From NCBI GenBank assembly GCA_016179745.1, contig JACPCP010000021.1, positions 1-59,102 on the forward strand: 59,102 nucleotides of DNA, given 5' to 3'. The position numbers and the translations under genes are program-made. The notes under the pieces were generated by a model, which was given only the letters and a program-made list of their open reading frames with translations, did no database searches and was not told the origin of the DNA. The stretch comes from Candidatus Omnitrophota bacterium (GTDB lineage Bacteria; Omnitrophota; Omnitrophia; Omnitrophales; JACQLI01). Of the stretch, positions 1 through 12,800 are shown piece by piece (position 1 is the stretch's first letter; the number at the start of each line of letters is the position of its first letter).

Positions 1-75
1 TCTCGTTCATGGAGCGCCCGAGGAGGCCGAGTTCGTCGTCGGCCGTCGGCGTCGCCCGACCCGTCAGATCGCCGG
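1..75 (-). other. Foreign HAMP-domain coding fragment abutting the giant ORF (probable chimeric junction)
   Basis: A different minus-strand frame from the giant ORF reads ...GDLTGRATPTADDELGLLGRSMNE, a HAMP consensus (GDLT.R......DELG.L..S.N). It is much more GC-rich than the adjacent kinase DNA and does not match the HAMP of the GGDEF gene at about 50160-50310. Confidence 0.6.
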
Positions 76-805
76 TTCCCAATCGCCCGGGAGCTTGCCT
101 TTTATTTCATCGGTATTCGGCATACGGGTGTGTTGATAAAAAAACATTGCGAAGGATTCAGGCTCCCATCCTTCCCAGAGCGGACTGCCGTTGGCCAACT
201 CAAACAAAGTGACCCCGAGCGCATAAAGCTCCGCTTTTAAAATGCCTTCCTCTTCTTGTATTGACAACCACCCCATGGGAGGTTGATAAGCATGGGTCCC
301 TGCAAAAAGATCCGAGCCAAACGTGCGTAATTTTGAAAGAAGATCTTCTTCTCGAATGTGCGATAATCCGAAATCGATCAGCTTTAACCCCTGATCCGGC
401 AGGACCCTCATGTGTGACGGTTTAAGGTCCCGGTGTATGACTCCCAATTGATGCAGGGTTTCGATGATGTCCAAAAGCTCAAGGAATTTCCAAACAACCT
501 TCTTCGCGGGCCGTCCCACTGCCCATTCTTTAAGGTTTTCCCCTCCCAGATAGTCCATTGCCATCCAAAAGAGACTTGGTTTGTCTATAAAGCCGAAAGA
601 TTTAATCGCCGGGGCATGCTCCCAATGATCGATCATCAATTTTCTTAAAGCCTCCGCTTCTGCAGTTAGGCTATTAATACCTTCCAGCATTTTTTTCCCC
701 CCTAAATGGATTATTTTGACGGCGACTATCTCCTGAGTAGCAAGATTGAGCGCTTTAAAGATAACTCCCTGCCCCCCTTGGCCTATTAATTCTTCCAGGC
801 GGTAT
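64..805 (-). other. Ser/Thr protein kinase domain within the giant ORF (C-lobe incomplete)
   Basis: LIGQGGQGVIFKA, VAVK, HRDLKPSH, LIDFGLS, AGTHAYQPP, ELYALGVTL. Ends at LPGDWEPAI before the subdomain XI Arg. Confidence 0.85.
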
Positions 806-3800
806 TGTTCCTGGCCTTCTGCCGCCTTGGCGGGCACTAAGGAACCGATTAATTTTCTCCAGTCTAGTGCTTCGGAATTCCTAACCTCGGAGCGAATGTC
901 TGCCCCCTCAAAGATACTTTCCCCCTTCTTTTTCAAGTCAAGATTCTTCACCGCCTGCGACGGCTCAGAATGACGGAAGGACCGCACCTCGGAACGGAGG
1001 CGGACGGAGGCCGATTTTAAGAGTTCGTCGATCTGGGTTTTTAGTTCTGGGAGGGTCTCGCCGAAGCGGCGAACGGCTTTCTGAAAGACCGCAAATCTTT
1101 TTTCTCCCTTCGGCTGATCCACGAAGACGTGCCGGACAAAGGCGTTGAACCACTCCGCATCGGGCACCGGATCCTCTTTCGTGCCGGCGTGCTGCAAGGG
1201 TATCTCTGCCTTTTTTCGCCGAAGCTCTTCAAGACCGGCTTCCGCAGCCGCCTTCCACACCTGGTAAACCATTCCCATTTCTTCATAATCGTCCCGCAAA
1301 ACCGAAATGAAATTCTCCAAGCCGGCTGTATTCTTTGATTCGATCCTTTGTCCGATAATCCTGGAAACATCCCTAATCCTTCTCAGAAAGCCGCCAACGT
1401 CATGGGTTACCCAGGCGCCCCATTTCCTCTTTTCGATCTTTCCTTCCTCTCCTTCCTCTCGATTCCAAACAAAGATCTTGAACGGGCCAAGACCCGCCAA
1501 GACAGAGACAAGAGCTTCCAGATCTTCGGTCTTCTTCCCAATTTTCTCCGGCAGGGACCCCTGCAACTCTTTGGGCGCAACCGGCCAAACCACCTCTTTC
1601 TCCTTCGGCTGAAGGACGAGGGTGCGGAAGCGGCGGAAGACCGGCCACGGACGGCCGGCTTTCGTGTGCCGTTGGATCGACTTCTTAAGGTCAATTCGAT
1701 TTCCAACGCCGTCGTAATGGTGATAGCGGACTCCTGGCCGATCGGAAGTCTCTGTTCTCTGCTCAGCGGCTAGAAAATCTTCAAAGGGATAATCCCGGCC
1801 GACGGCGTCGTCAATGATTGATTCCTTGATGACTTCGAATTCAAGCCCGAGTTCGTCAAGAAGAGGTTTCACTGTCTTTTCAAAATCGATCCGGTCCACC
1901 AGTTGCAGAAAGATGACGCCGTCTTGACGAAGACGGGGAATGGCTTTCTGAAGCCAGAGACGGACGGAGTGAAGGCCGTCGTAGTGGTCGGAGCGGGAGT
2001 AAATCGTCCGCCCCCACCGAATCCGTGAGGCCTCTGCTGCGGGCTGGCTCTCCCATTCTTTTTCCTCCGGAGTGGGCATCTGATTGGGATTGATGAAGAG
2101 GACGTCGAACTTCGCATCGGGGGGGAGGCTGTCAAAATAAGGACTGATGAAAAAGTCGATTTTCTCCCGTGGGATTTCGTTCCGCATCCGGTTGATTTCA
2201 AGCACCGTGCCGGCATCCCCATTGAGATCCACCGCAACGGCCTTCTCAAACGGGGCGCTGTGCCTCGCAAGCCAGCGGTAAAGCGCCGTCAAAATTCCTC
2301 CGTGGCCCGTGCCGCCGTCGGCAACGACCTTGCCCTTAAAAAAGCCCGGATACTTTTTCTCATAGGCAACCGCTGCCCGGATGATCGACCAAAAGCCCTT
2401 GGTGGGAGCCGGGGTGGAGGGACCGGTGGTCAATTCAAAGGAGAAATCGTTCCCCAGAACAGGCATCAGGCCCGCCGGCTCCCTGTAATCTGAAACTTGC
2501 AAACCTTCGGAATTTCGGTTGTCACGGCTCGCTACCCTCATCGAGTCAAAGAGCCAACCGGCCTCTCCTTTCCGATCGGGATTCGTCAAAAGCCGATAAA
2601 GAGCGTCCAACACGTCTCGATAATTCTCTTCGAGGCTCCAGAGCGGTTCCGTGATGAGCCGACGGCCGATCTCTTCGATATGCCCCCGGTCATGAGACAA
2701 AGAGGACGGAGATCCGTTGAGAAGCCAAAGGGGCTCTTCGGTTTCTTTACGACCGCCGGCTTGAGACTGCCGTCCAACGACAGCTTCAGACTGACCTCCC
2801 CAATTAAACTTTTCGACTCGAAGCTCCTGATGAGCCCGCCCGAGATCATCCCGGGCCCACCTGAGGAGATCCGGATCGGTCCCGCTTCCCTTCTCTGTCC
2901 GCACCTCAGCCCGGGCGGCGGGAAGGATAAACTTCTCCGGATCGACAAATTCACGCCAGCGTCTGGCTTCGGCGTAGGCCTGGAAATCGAAATCCTCGAA
3001 ACGGCCGCCGTGTCGGAGCAGCGCAAAGGCAATCCGTGTCGAATCCTCCAGGGCTGTCTTACCTACTTCAAAACGAAACGGCTGCTTCCGGATCCATTCC
3101 TCAAGCTGGAGGGCGTCCAAATCCAGCCAAAATCCCTCAATCAAGGCCCACCCCAATTTGAAAAGCCGAAGGGGATCTTCAACGGAAGGAAGCACCAAGT
3201 CTCGAATCTCCCCCACTTTCTCAGAAACCCGCTTGGGCTCGATCCGACGCACTGACTCCGGATGGGCCTTGAAATAACCGGCGATCTCAATCGTTTTCTT
3301 TGCCCGATTCGCCCGGACCTCCTGAGCCAGCTTGAGATTATTTTTCCCTTGAAGGTTTAGCGTTTCAGAATCAAGCAGCCGACCGAGCTTGGCAAGTTCT
3401 TCCCCTAATAACCGGACCTCACCGGGCTCCAGCGAATCGACTTTCGCCTCCTCCAGGGTCTTTCTTACGGCATGAAGTGACTCTTCAAGGATCCGGACTC
3501 CGGAATGACGGCGGGAGCCTTGATGGTTCGTCCGGAACTCCAGGCTTTTTTCAATATCGTAGAGGGAATTCACGGCAAGCCGGAGCCTTTTGATCCAGCC
3601 CGCCTCCCTCTTGAGGGAAAGAAGTTCGGCGGAGGCCAAAAGAAAATAAAGGCGTCCCATCTGGGCCGCTTCCTCGTCCGGATGAAGCCGAAAGTCGTCA
3701 ACGACTGAATAAGCAATTTCCTTTGCCTTTCGAAGCTCCTCAACCTCGTTAAAAACAACCTCTTTGGGACTCGAAATCTGCGCCCTCGCCTTGCTCAAAT

Positions 3801-6800
3801 GAAGATGGACACGGGCCGCCTGGTCCTCTCTTCCGTTCAGTCCCTGACGGGGATCGTCAAGAATCTTTTCTGCTTCCTCAAACAAGGGCACGGCGTCACG
3901 AAATCTTTTTTGTCCCGCCGTTTCTACGGCCAGGCGGACCAAAATCATCGCCTTGTCCCCCCAAAGACCACGATCGCCGGGAGCCAGATTCAGCGCAGCA
4001 TCCACCCCGTCAAGACTTCTTTGATAGCGGGTGCCTCGCTCGCCCTTTTCCTGATCCTGACGTGCGGCGATGGCATCGTAAATGAGGGGGGTCTTCTTCA
4101 AAATAAACAGAAAAAGAGCGGTGAGTTTTTGATTCTGATTCCCTTCCAGGGCCATGAATACGGCAAGCCGTGTCAACTTTTCCCGGCCGATAAACTTTTC
4201 ATCCGGACCCGAGAAGGGCTCTTCCAGCGGAATCTCCAGCCCCTTGATTTTCGGGCCGAGCCGGGGGTCTTCGAGCGCCTCGTAGATAAAGGCCCGGAAG
4301 AGGGCCTCGATCAACTTTAGATCGCTCTCGTCATATTTTCCCGGGCCTCGGTCGATCAGTTTCGTCCAGAGCTCTCGAACCACAAAGTGGCGGAACGTCT
4401 TTTCGAGTCCCGCCTCAAGCGGAACCTTCGGCTTATAGCCAAAAAGTCGACGGGCTCTCTCGATCACCGGCTGCCGCTGTTTCGGATCGGTGGAATCAAT
4501 CTGGGACACGTCCACAACCGGGACTTCCACGCCGAGATATTTTCGTCCAAGCTCCTCAACCAGCCCGGCCAGTTCCCGGATCGTGAAGTTGCCGGGATTT
4601 CCGATGTTCACGACCCGGCCGTCGATCGGCGTCGACCGGGTGATCTCCCCGGTCTCAAGAAGTCCGACGATCCCTTCGAGCGTGTCTGCCACGAAACCAA
4701 AGCTCCGGTTTTGGCCCCCGCCGCCGTAAAGCTCGATCACACGGCCCTTGCCCGTGCCATAAGTTGATTTCCAAAATTGATCGAGCGCCGCCTGAATGAA
4801 ATTGGTAATGACCCGCCCGTCATCCAGCCGCATTCCGGGGCCATAGGTGTTGAAGATCCGGACAATCCGGGCATCGAGATAATGCCCCTCGGCCTTCTCC
4901 TTCTCGAAATAAAGCCGGATCAAGGTCTCGGCGCCACGCTTTGATTCGTCGTATTGGGAGCGCTTTCCAATCGGATTCACCCGGCCGGGGTAGTTTTCAT
5001 CCTGCGCTTCAACGTCCGGGTCGCCGTAAACTTCGGACGTGGAGGAAAACAGGAACCGGGCCTTCTTTTCACGGGCGAGGTCGAGGGCAATCTTCGTGGC
5101 CTGGAGGCCGGCAAGGAGTGTCTCAAGCGGCATCCCATAATAGAAGGGCGGGCTTGCGAGAGAGGCCAAATGAATGATTTCGTCAAGCTCGCCGTCGATG
5201 GTGTAGGGCTGGCTGACGTCTACATTTTTAAAAAAGAAATTCGGGTTTTCCTGAAGGTCCTTCAGATTGCTTTTGACGCCGCTTGCAAGGTTGTCGAGCC
5301 CAATCACCTGATGCCCTTCCTTCACAAGCCTGCGTGCAAGATTGGAACCGAGGAAGCCCGCCACGCCCGTCACAAGGATCCGTTTCTTCCCCGGCGGCAC
5401 GGGCGGGGGGAGGATGATTTCGGGTTCACGTTTTTCTCCAGACGGAATCTGGAATTCCTCAAACGTGAGCGTCTTAAACACCCCGTCCTCCTGAGCCGCC
5501 TCCGATGCCAAAGAATGAATGACAACCTGGCGGCTTTCAATCTGCTCTTCGGGTGACCCCTTGCTGTCATCAAATTTCTGCACAAGCAAATCGAGCGCCA
5601 CCGCCCGAAGGCTCTCCAGATCCGGGGTTTTGTCCGCCTTCCCTGTTTTCAGGATCCGAACGTCAACCTTTCTGCCGTCCTTGTCAGGAAACCGGAAATA
5701 GGCGCTGGCCCACGCCATCGCCACCCGGGCGCCCTCAATCCACGGCGCCTGGTCGTGGAGCGGCCCGTAACCCTCGAGCTCCTCCGGGACCACCAGCACC
5801 ACCGGAAGATTTCCCGCCCTCGCCTTTTCAAGGACCTTTAAGAAATCAAACGCCATCTCATGAAAATCTTCCCACGCTTGATCGAGATGCCCGCCAAAAT
5901 CAAATCCCCCGGCCGGCGCCCTCGGCGTCACATAAATCAGCCCCTTCGTTTTTCCCTCAGCATCAACGATCGAGAATCTGTTTGGCGCCGGGCCCCCTTC
6001 TTTGTTCCGCACCTCAGCCCTAGCCATCCCTCTTTTTCTCAACTCCGCCACCCGGGCGATTGCTTCCTGTGTTTCCTCAGGAAGGAGCTCAAGGCCGCTG
6101 AGTTCGCCCGGTTTGGTCCGATTCGGGGAAAGATCAATGGCATAGTAATCCTGGCCCTCTGAATCCTCTCCGGTGCTGCCGAGCCAGTAAAGAGGAAGAC
6201 CGAGATCTCTGGTCACGGATCGAATCATCGCAAACGACTCAAGCTGTCTCGTGTCTATCAATAGCCAGTAAAAACGAACAGATGGCCCCTCAGAAGGCCG
6301 TTCTCCTATAAATTGTTTCAGCGTCTCTGACACAAGCCGCTTCCCAAGCCCCTTTCCACGGAACCTCCGGCTGAGACCATAAGCACCCGTAACACCGGAC
6401 CACGCCTGGATCCGCCTTAGAGGGTTTCCCGTCAAATCCAGAGAGGTCAAATCGTCGGAAGCAAGCGCATGGAATCCGACAAGGCTCTTTGCCCTCTTCA
6501 GCGTCCAAAGCTTCACCACTTTGTTGCTCTTGAGCCAGAGGTCAACAGCCGTCAAAGCTTCTGTCTCAAACTCGCCAAGTTGCTCCGAATTGAGATAGCG
6601 CTCAATGAGCCGGAGAATGCTCTTAAACCTTTCTCTTGGCACTTCTTCGACCTTAAAATCTTCTGACCCGGCCCTCACTTCTACGCTGCGCATTTCAGAG
6701 CGTCCTTCCAGCCGGGCGCCGAAAACAACCGGGTGCCGGGCTTCCTTCGGGTCAAACCAGTTTTCCGGAAGCTGGCTTTTGCGGTCGTGAAGCTGACTTT

Positions 6801-9800
6801 GCAAAGCAGGAAGTTCCCGGCCCATCGTTTCAAGAATGTCAAAGGCGACGGACCGGACCCTCAGATCCGGATCGTCCAGATAATTCCATAAAATTCGAAG
6901 GGTCTGAATTTTTGCCCTCGTCGATGTTTTCCAGAGGTCGTCCGGGGTCTCAACGGCCGCCCTGAGGCGCCTCAGGAGAGCGGCCTCTCCCCATCTCAAT
7001 CGATGTTTCCTGAGAGCGGAAAAGAGCAAGGAAAAGAAGAGTGGGTCACTGAGGGAAAAAATTGGATTCCACTGAAGCAGCCAGACAGGCAAAGAAGTCA
7101 TCAGGGAACCGGCCGCCGCCAAAGCCCACGGAAACCATGGGTTATTTGAGGCCTGCGCCGTCCTCGCTTCCACCGCATTCCCGAACCGCCAGAGATATTT
7201 AGAAATCTTTTCAGGGTCGTAACGTCTCAGTGGATCAAGAAGGAACGGCTGATTCAAATCAAGCTTCGACCTTGTCTCTGAACGAACTCCCTCGATTCCC
7301 CGCACCTCGGAGCGGATGCCCTGGGTCGTGGGCGCATGGACCTCGGGGAAAAGATCGTTTCTCCAGAATGAATCCTTCCAATAGGGGGGATCGTATTCCT
7401 TGACCCAACCCGCAATCAGGTTGGCATAGCTGTGCAGTTCGGCGGAAATCAAATCGCCAAGTTGGGCGTGAACAGCCATCCGCTCAAGCAGTTTCACCCC
7501 CAAGGCAGCCAAATGCAGACGGACACTCTCGGACTCCAGGGCCGTCACGCTTTGACTCAAACGGGACGGCAGCAAGCCCATTGAATCCCGAGACGGTTCG
7601 TGCGCTGAAAGGAATCGGACTTTTTCCGCTTCGGGCCATTTCTCCCCTGACCTCGGAGTAAAGTATCGGCCCAGAAGCTCGATCAAGCTTGTTAGATCAC
7701 TTAAGGTCGTTTTACCTTTATGAATTCCGCCCGCTTGGCTTAAGGAGATGAGCGCAAAAAGCGCAAGCCCCAGAATGAGGAGGGGACGTGCTTCGTCAGC
7801 CGATGCGCTCCCCTCCTTGAGTTTTAGATAGAGCTCCTCCATTTCCTGTTCGATTTGTGATCTCAACAGCACAAGATGGGCTTGTTCGAGGCGGTCTAAC
7901 TTTTCCGAATGGGGAGGCGCCAAGAAATCCCGGAATTTCAGCAGAGCGTAAATCCCCCGCCGAAGAATCCCTGAACCGAGATCCAGACCCCCCCCTTTCC
8001 CGGACAGGACCCATTCCGCCCACGGTTCGAATAACTTTGCTTGGAGGCCGAGAAACTCTTTCATTAATTCTACCGACCGAGGGGACAGATACGCCTCCGG
8101 AACGCCGCTGAGGATCAAAACGTCGGTGATGCTCCCTGGGCCCCCCTGCGCCGAAGCGGCCAGTTTTCTCATCCGACTTAATGAATCGGTGAGCCGGGCC
8201 TCAAAGACATCTTCGTAGGCCGGGCCGATCCGTCTGAAACCGCCCACCTCCGGCATCTTCTCGACATAACGCCTGTCGTCACCCAATACCCTCAACACCG
8301 ACTCCGGCGGCACTCCTTCGACGATGAGGATCGCCCCGGGCTTCATTCGAAGCACCACCTCGGAAAGGTCTGTCAAAATCTCAGCCGCCCTGACAACGGT
8401 TTTACCCGGCTCCCCCTTCATCGAAGGATAGAGATAAACAACGTCATATTCCCGAAGCGAAACCTTCTCATCCAGGTAATTCTTATGGAGGATATGGATC
8501 CGCTCCGGATCAACCGCTCCTTGCTCGCTTAACGCCCGGGTCGCCTCTTGAGAAAGCTTCCATAAATACCGGTCCTGCTCAAACCCGAACAATTCGACGC
8601 CCAAACCTTGAGTTTCCGCATTCCACAGATGGACGACATAACCTGTTCCTGATCCAAGCTCCGCAATCTTTGAACCTTTCTTAAGATGGCCGGATTTTCC
8701 CAAGCTCCTCAAATGGTCAAGGGCGTGGGCCTCCGATGTCCGGGTGTAGAGATAGAGACCCCGGCTCGTATCCCAAAGATCGGGCCGCTCCTCCTGGATT
8801 CTATGGGAAAGCCCTTGGTGAAGTGAGCGGATGGTCTCTCTTGGCTGAGCCAAGACCCCGGAGCGGGGAGGGGGAAGGGGAAAATGCAAGCGGAGGGCGT
8901 AGCGACCCTCGGGGGGCGCACGGTCTCTCACCACGGAGATCCAGACTTCAGAACCGGGGAAGGAGTGAAGGCGCTTCATTAATTGAATCAGAGGCGCCAA
9001 TTCGAGCGCCAAAGAGGACGCAAGATCATCAAGGGCATGATTCCAATTCTTCTGATTTTCTGCCGTCAATCCGCCTGTTTCTTCTTTCGTTTTCCGCAAC
9101 ACTTGAAGCACGGGGGTCTGTGACTCCTTGAGACGGACCCCTCCAAAATCAAGAATCGTCCTTTTCCCTGAGTCATCCCGAACTTCAGCTTCCAGCGGGA
9201 TTTCTCCCTGCTGCCAGATTTCCTTCATCACTCCCCTCATCCGTTCCCGGTCCTGGAGCGGAATGTTTCCCAATGCCTCGTCAATTCCCTTAAAATCCCC
9301 CGCCCTTTCCTCTTTATCCAGGCTTTTCATCAATTTCTGCTGTTGCCACCCCAAGAAAACAAAAAGAAGAAAGCCGCCGAGCGTCCCGGCCACCCAAACG
9401 ACCGGAAGATTTCCATAACCGGGAAACATCCAGAGAGAAAGTTCCCCGGACCAGAGAAAATAAGCGGAACCCAAAAGGCCGAGGGCCAATAGGCCCAGGG
9501 AGAGGATTTGATAACGAATCGTTGTCTTGAGATCGTTGACCTCTTCGTCTACCTCTTTCGCCGGCATCCCGTCGATCGTCTCCTCCGCCCCCGCCTTCCC
9601 CCGCACCTCGGCCCTCACTACGTCATCCTGAGCACCCGCAGGGTGCGAAGGATCTCGGGTTTCTGATCCTTCACTCGGCCCGAACGGGCCTCGCTCAGGA
9701 TGACGGATTTCCCGGCGCACCTCGGCCCGGGGAGCTGAATCTGTGGGCTCTTTCGATTGTTTGTCATTCCCTTCCTGAGACTTGGAATGTTTCCGGTGGC

Positions 9801-12800
9801 TTCTGTGAATTTTTACCAGAACCATAAGCCCGATGCCGACCGGAATGAGATATACCAAAGCGACTGCCATCAAGATCTGTCCACTCAAAAAATAAACTAG
9901 AGCAGCGACCAGGCTGATTACCCATCCCATGACAACCCCAATCCACGCTAGATTCTTTGTAACGATCCAATCGAGTTTTCTTACCTTCTTCTCCCAATGA
10001 ACCAGTCGCTTCTGAAATGCGGAAGGATTGCTTGGTTGGCTCTTTTTTTCGTCGAAGTCTCCTCGAATCGCTCTGAGTTTCTCTTTGAGCTCGGTAAGAC
10101 GAACGGTATCCTTTACCATCTTCGGGAACTCCCTAATTAGCCTCAGCGGCCGCCATTCTTGATCTAAGCTTTCTTCTATCTCCTTGTACCCTTCTCCGAC
10201 GGTTATCAACTGGTCCCACAGATCCCGGTCCGATCTATCTTGCGTCCGCACCTCGGCGCGGGAGGGGGGAGTGCGAAGCTCGGGGCGGCCGCCTTCTTCT
10301 TCGAATTCGATTCTCGATTTTTCTGATCGTATGCCCGGTTTCTCTGAAGTCTCCTTCCTCTCCCTCGTCCCTTCTTCCATTTTCTTCCGTATCTCTTTAA
10401 GTCCTTGCAGAGATTCCTCCATCTTCTCCTCACGATCCCAAATACCTTTAAGAAACTCATAAAACCGCTTGGCCGCCTTTCGGAGAGCAGGATCTTCTGC
10501 TTCATCCATAGCAATCCGGTTCAATAGATCAAGAATTTCGGTTCTGTCACCCCCATAGCCGATTGCGATCCACCAGAGTGCCTTTGTTACTGCCTCACGC
10601 ACCGGGGGCGGATTCCGCTCACCCTTTTCTTTGAGAATCTCGATGAGGAGAGGCACCGCCCCCATTGCCTGCTCGCCCATTGATTTGAAGATTAAAATGA
10701 TTTCTCTTCGGACCCCCGGATCTGTCTCCTGCCTCAATGCATCCATCAAGGAAGGAACAAAGGGGATGACAAGGGGGTTGTCCAAACTCTGCACCCTGTC
10801 CGCCGAGAGAATGTGAATCGCCATCTTTTGAAGCTCCGGCGTGCCCTCTTTGGCCAGTGTTAGAAGCTCAAGCGCAACCGATTCAATTCCCGGCCACGAC
10901 AGATCCTCGAGGATCTGGGATAGGAACTCCTGGACTGAGCCGGCGGCCTTGCCACCCTTCTTGAATTGCACCATCGCTTCTTGAGCCAGAGTGATTCTCT
11001 CAGAAATATCGAGCCACGCATTCAATTCAATCCAATCCCAGTCATCCAGAAAATTCCGTGCGGCATCGGCCACCGATGGGTCTTTGTCTCCAGCGAGCCG
11101 GATGACGGATCGGAAAAGGTCTACTTTGTCAAAACCAGCCGGCCAAGATGAACCGAAGAGAGGTTTGAGGTTGTCTGAAATCAACACAAGTGCTGCGACC
11201 TTCACCTGCGGATCCGGTTCCTTCAGTAAAGCCGCCAGCTCAACAATCAAAATGACCTTCCCCTCATCGGCCAAATTGAAAAGAAGATTCTTAATCTCGT
11301 AAGAAACGTCGCCCCGGAGCCTCGGGTCCTTCAAAAGGGAGACGTAAAGAGGGATCCAATCACCAATCCCCCTAGGCACAAAACCGATACGGGAGGTTAG
11401 AGCTGCAAGCGCAGCGAGTCTCACTTTTGGAAATTCGTCCGGGTTCTTCAAGGTTTCGGCCAATCTGGTTTTGAATTCGGAGTCCCAGGCCTTTTGAACG
11501 TCGGTGGGCTCAGTGAATGCGAAAAGCCTGGCCAACGTCATGATGGCCGCTTCCCGAACGTCGGGGGACCTGTGGTTCAAACGTTTCATCAAATGAGGGA
11601 TGGTTTCCTTGGCTTCGGAGCCGATTTCACTGATGTAGAGCATGGCTTTCTGTAAGTTCTTTATTTCCTCAGGACTTTTTTCCTTTGGATCACTCCCCTC
11701 TCCTTTGATGAGCCTGATCAGCTCTTCCTTCGACTCCCGGATTGCGTGTCTTCGATTCGGATCGATGGTGTGATATTTTTCAATCTTCTGAAAGGTAATC
11801 TTCACTCTCCACTCGTTGTATTCATTCTGCGCGCCTGAAACGGCCGATTTGAGGGAAGGCTTCGACAGGTGCCAGACCGCTGTCCATTCAAGTAATTCCC
11901 AGGCTAACGAAATCAGAAGCATCCCGACTATCAAGGACACCATCCGAAACTCCTTTTTCTGGTGATACCTCTTCGTTTCCTCAAGAAGGATTTGTGAGAA
12001 GGCAAAGAGAAAATGCCGAACCTCCTCTGTTTCTACGATTTCCCCCTTCTCATCCTTTAAAGGCGGAACCTTCTCGTCAAAGTAAGCTCGGTCTCCGCTT
12101 GCCCAGTCCGAAGCGGTGTCGCGCATCCCGTCAGGCAATTTTCTTGCAAGGAGCTTCGCTTGGCGAGGCGCTTCCTCTTTAAGGAAAGTTTGCCGCTCCA
12201 CTTCAGATAAATTCATGATGATTCTCGAAATCTCTCTAAAGAGCGCGGTGAGCTGTCCGCGGGCCAGCGTCGGGCGGTCCCCCTTATGCAGTTCTTTATC
12301 CTTGAGCACGTTCTCGAGGATCATCATGAGGTCGATCTTCTCCGGTCGTTCCGTCTCCCCCCGCACCTCGGCGCGGGAGAAGGATTCGGCGCGACGGAAA
12401 AGTTGTGTTTTAAAACGCTCCTTTTCCTGGAGGGAAACCATGCTTGAAATGACCAGCTTGATATCGAGGGTGCTTGCGAGGCGGTCACGATACGGGATGT
12501 CATCGAGGACTTCAGCGAGCTTTGGGAGCACGGGCACGACGGTGATACCGGCCCGCTCGAGGCCTTCCCTCAGACCCGTCTCGTGAAAGCCGCCCACCAC
12601 GGCGACGGTGGCTTTGAGTCTCGAGTGTGACAATTCCCTGAGAATTTTGCCGGCGAAGATTCGATCTCTTCTATCTGCCAGGGCGTAGAAACGAAGGGCG
12701 GGGCGGGCGGCCTCTTGGAGCGATCGAATCTCCCTTTTCGACAAACCAAGCGTTGCAAAAAATTGCTCCCCAGCGCCCGTCTTCCTAATCTGCTCCCAAT

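Larger units (their letters stand above)
880..12375 (-). repeat. Dispersed R-[SA]-E-[VMT]-R pentapeptide motif (11 copies) delimiting modules of the giant ORF
   Basis: Copies at 880-894, 982-996, 2899-2913, 6007-6021, 6688-6702 (RSEMR), 7270-7284 (RSETR), 7300-7314, 9601-9615, 9715-9729, 10246-10260 and 12361-12375. Seven use the exact codons GAG GTG CGG. Confidence 0.9.

Noticed and set aside
2497-5556. Plus-strand ORFs of 150-250 aa opposite the giant gene
   Set aside because: Antisense to well-supported domains, with no motifs or RBS.
880-12375. Dispersed CGCACCTCGG repeats as a CRISPR array
   Set aside because: Repeats are only about 10-15 bp, spacing is irregular (30 bp to more than 3 kb), they are in frame in a CDS, and no cas genes are present.
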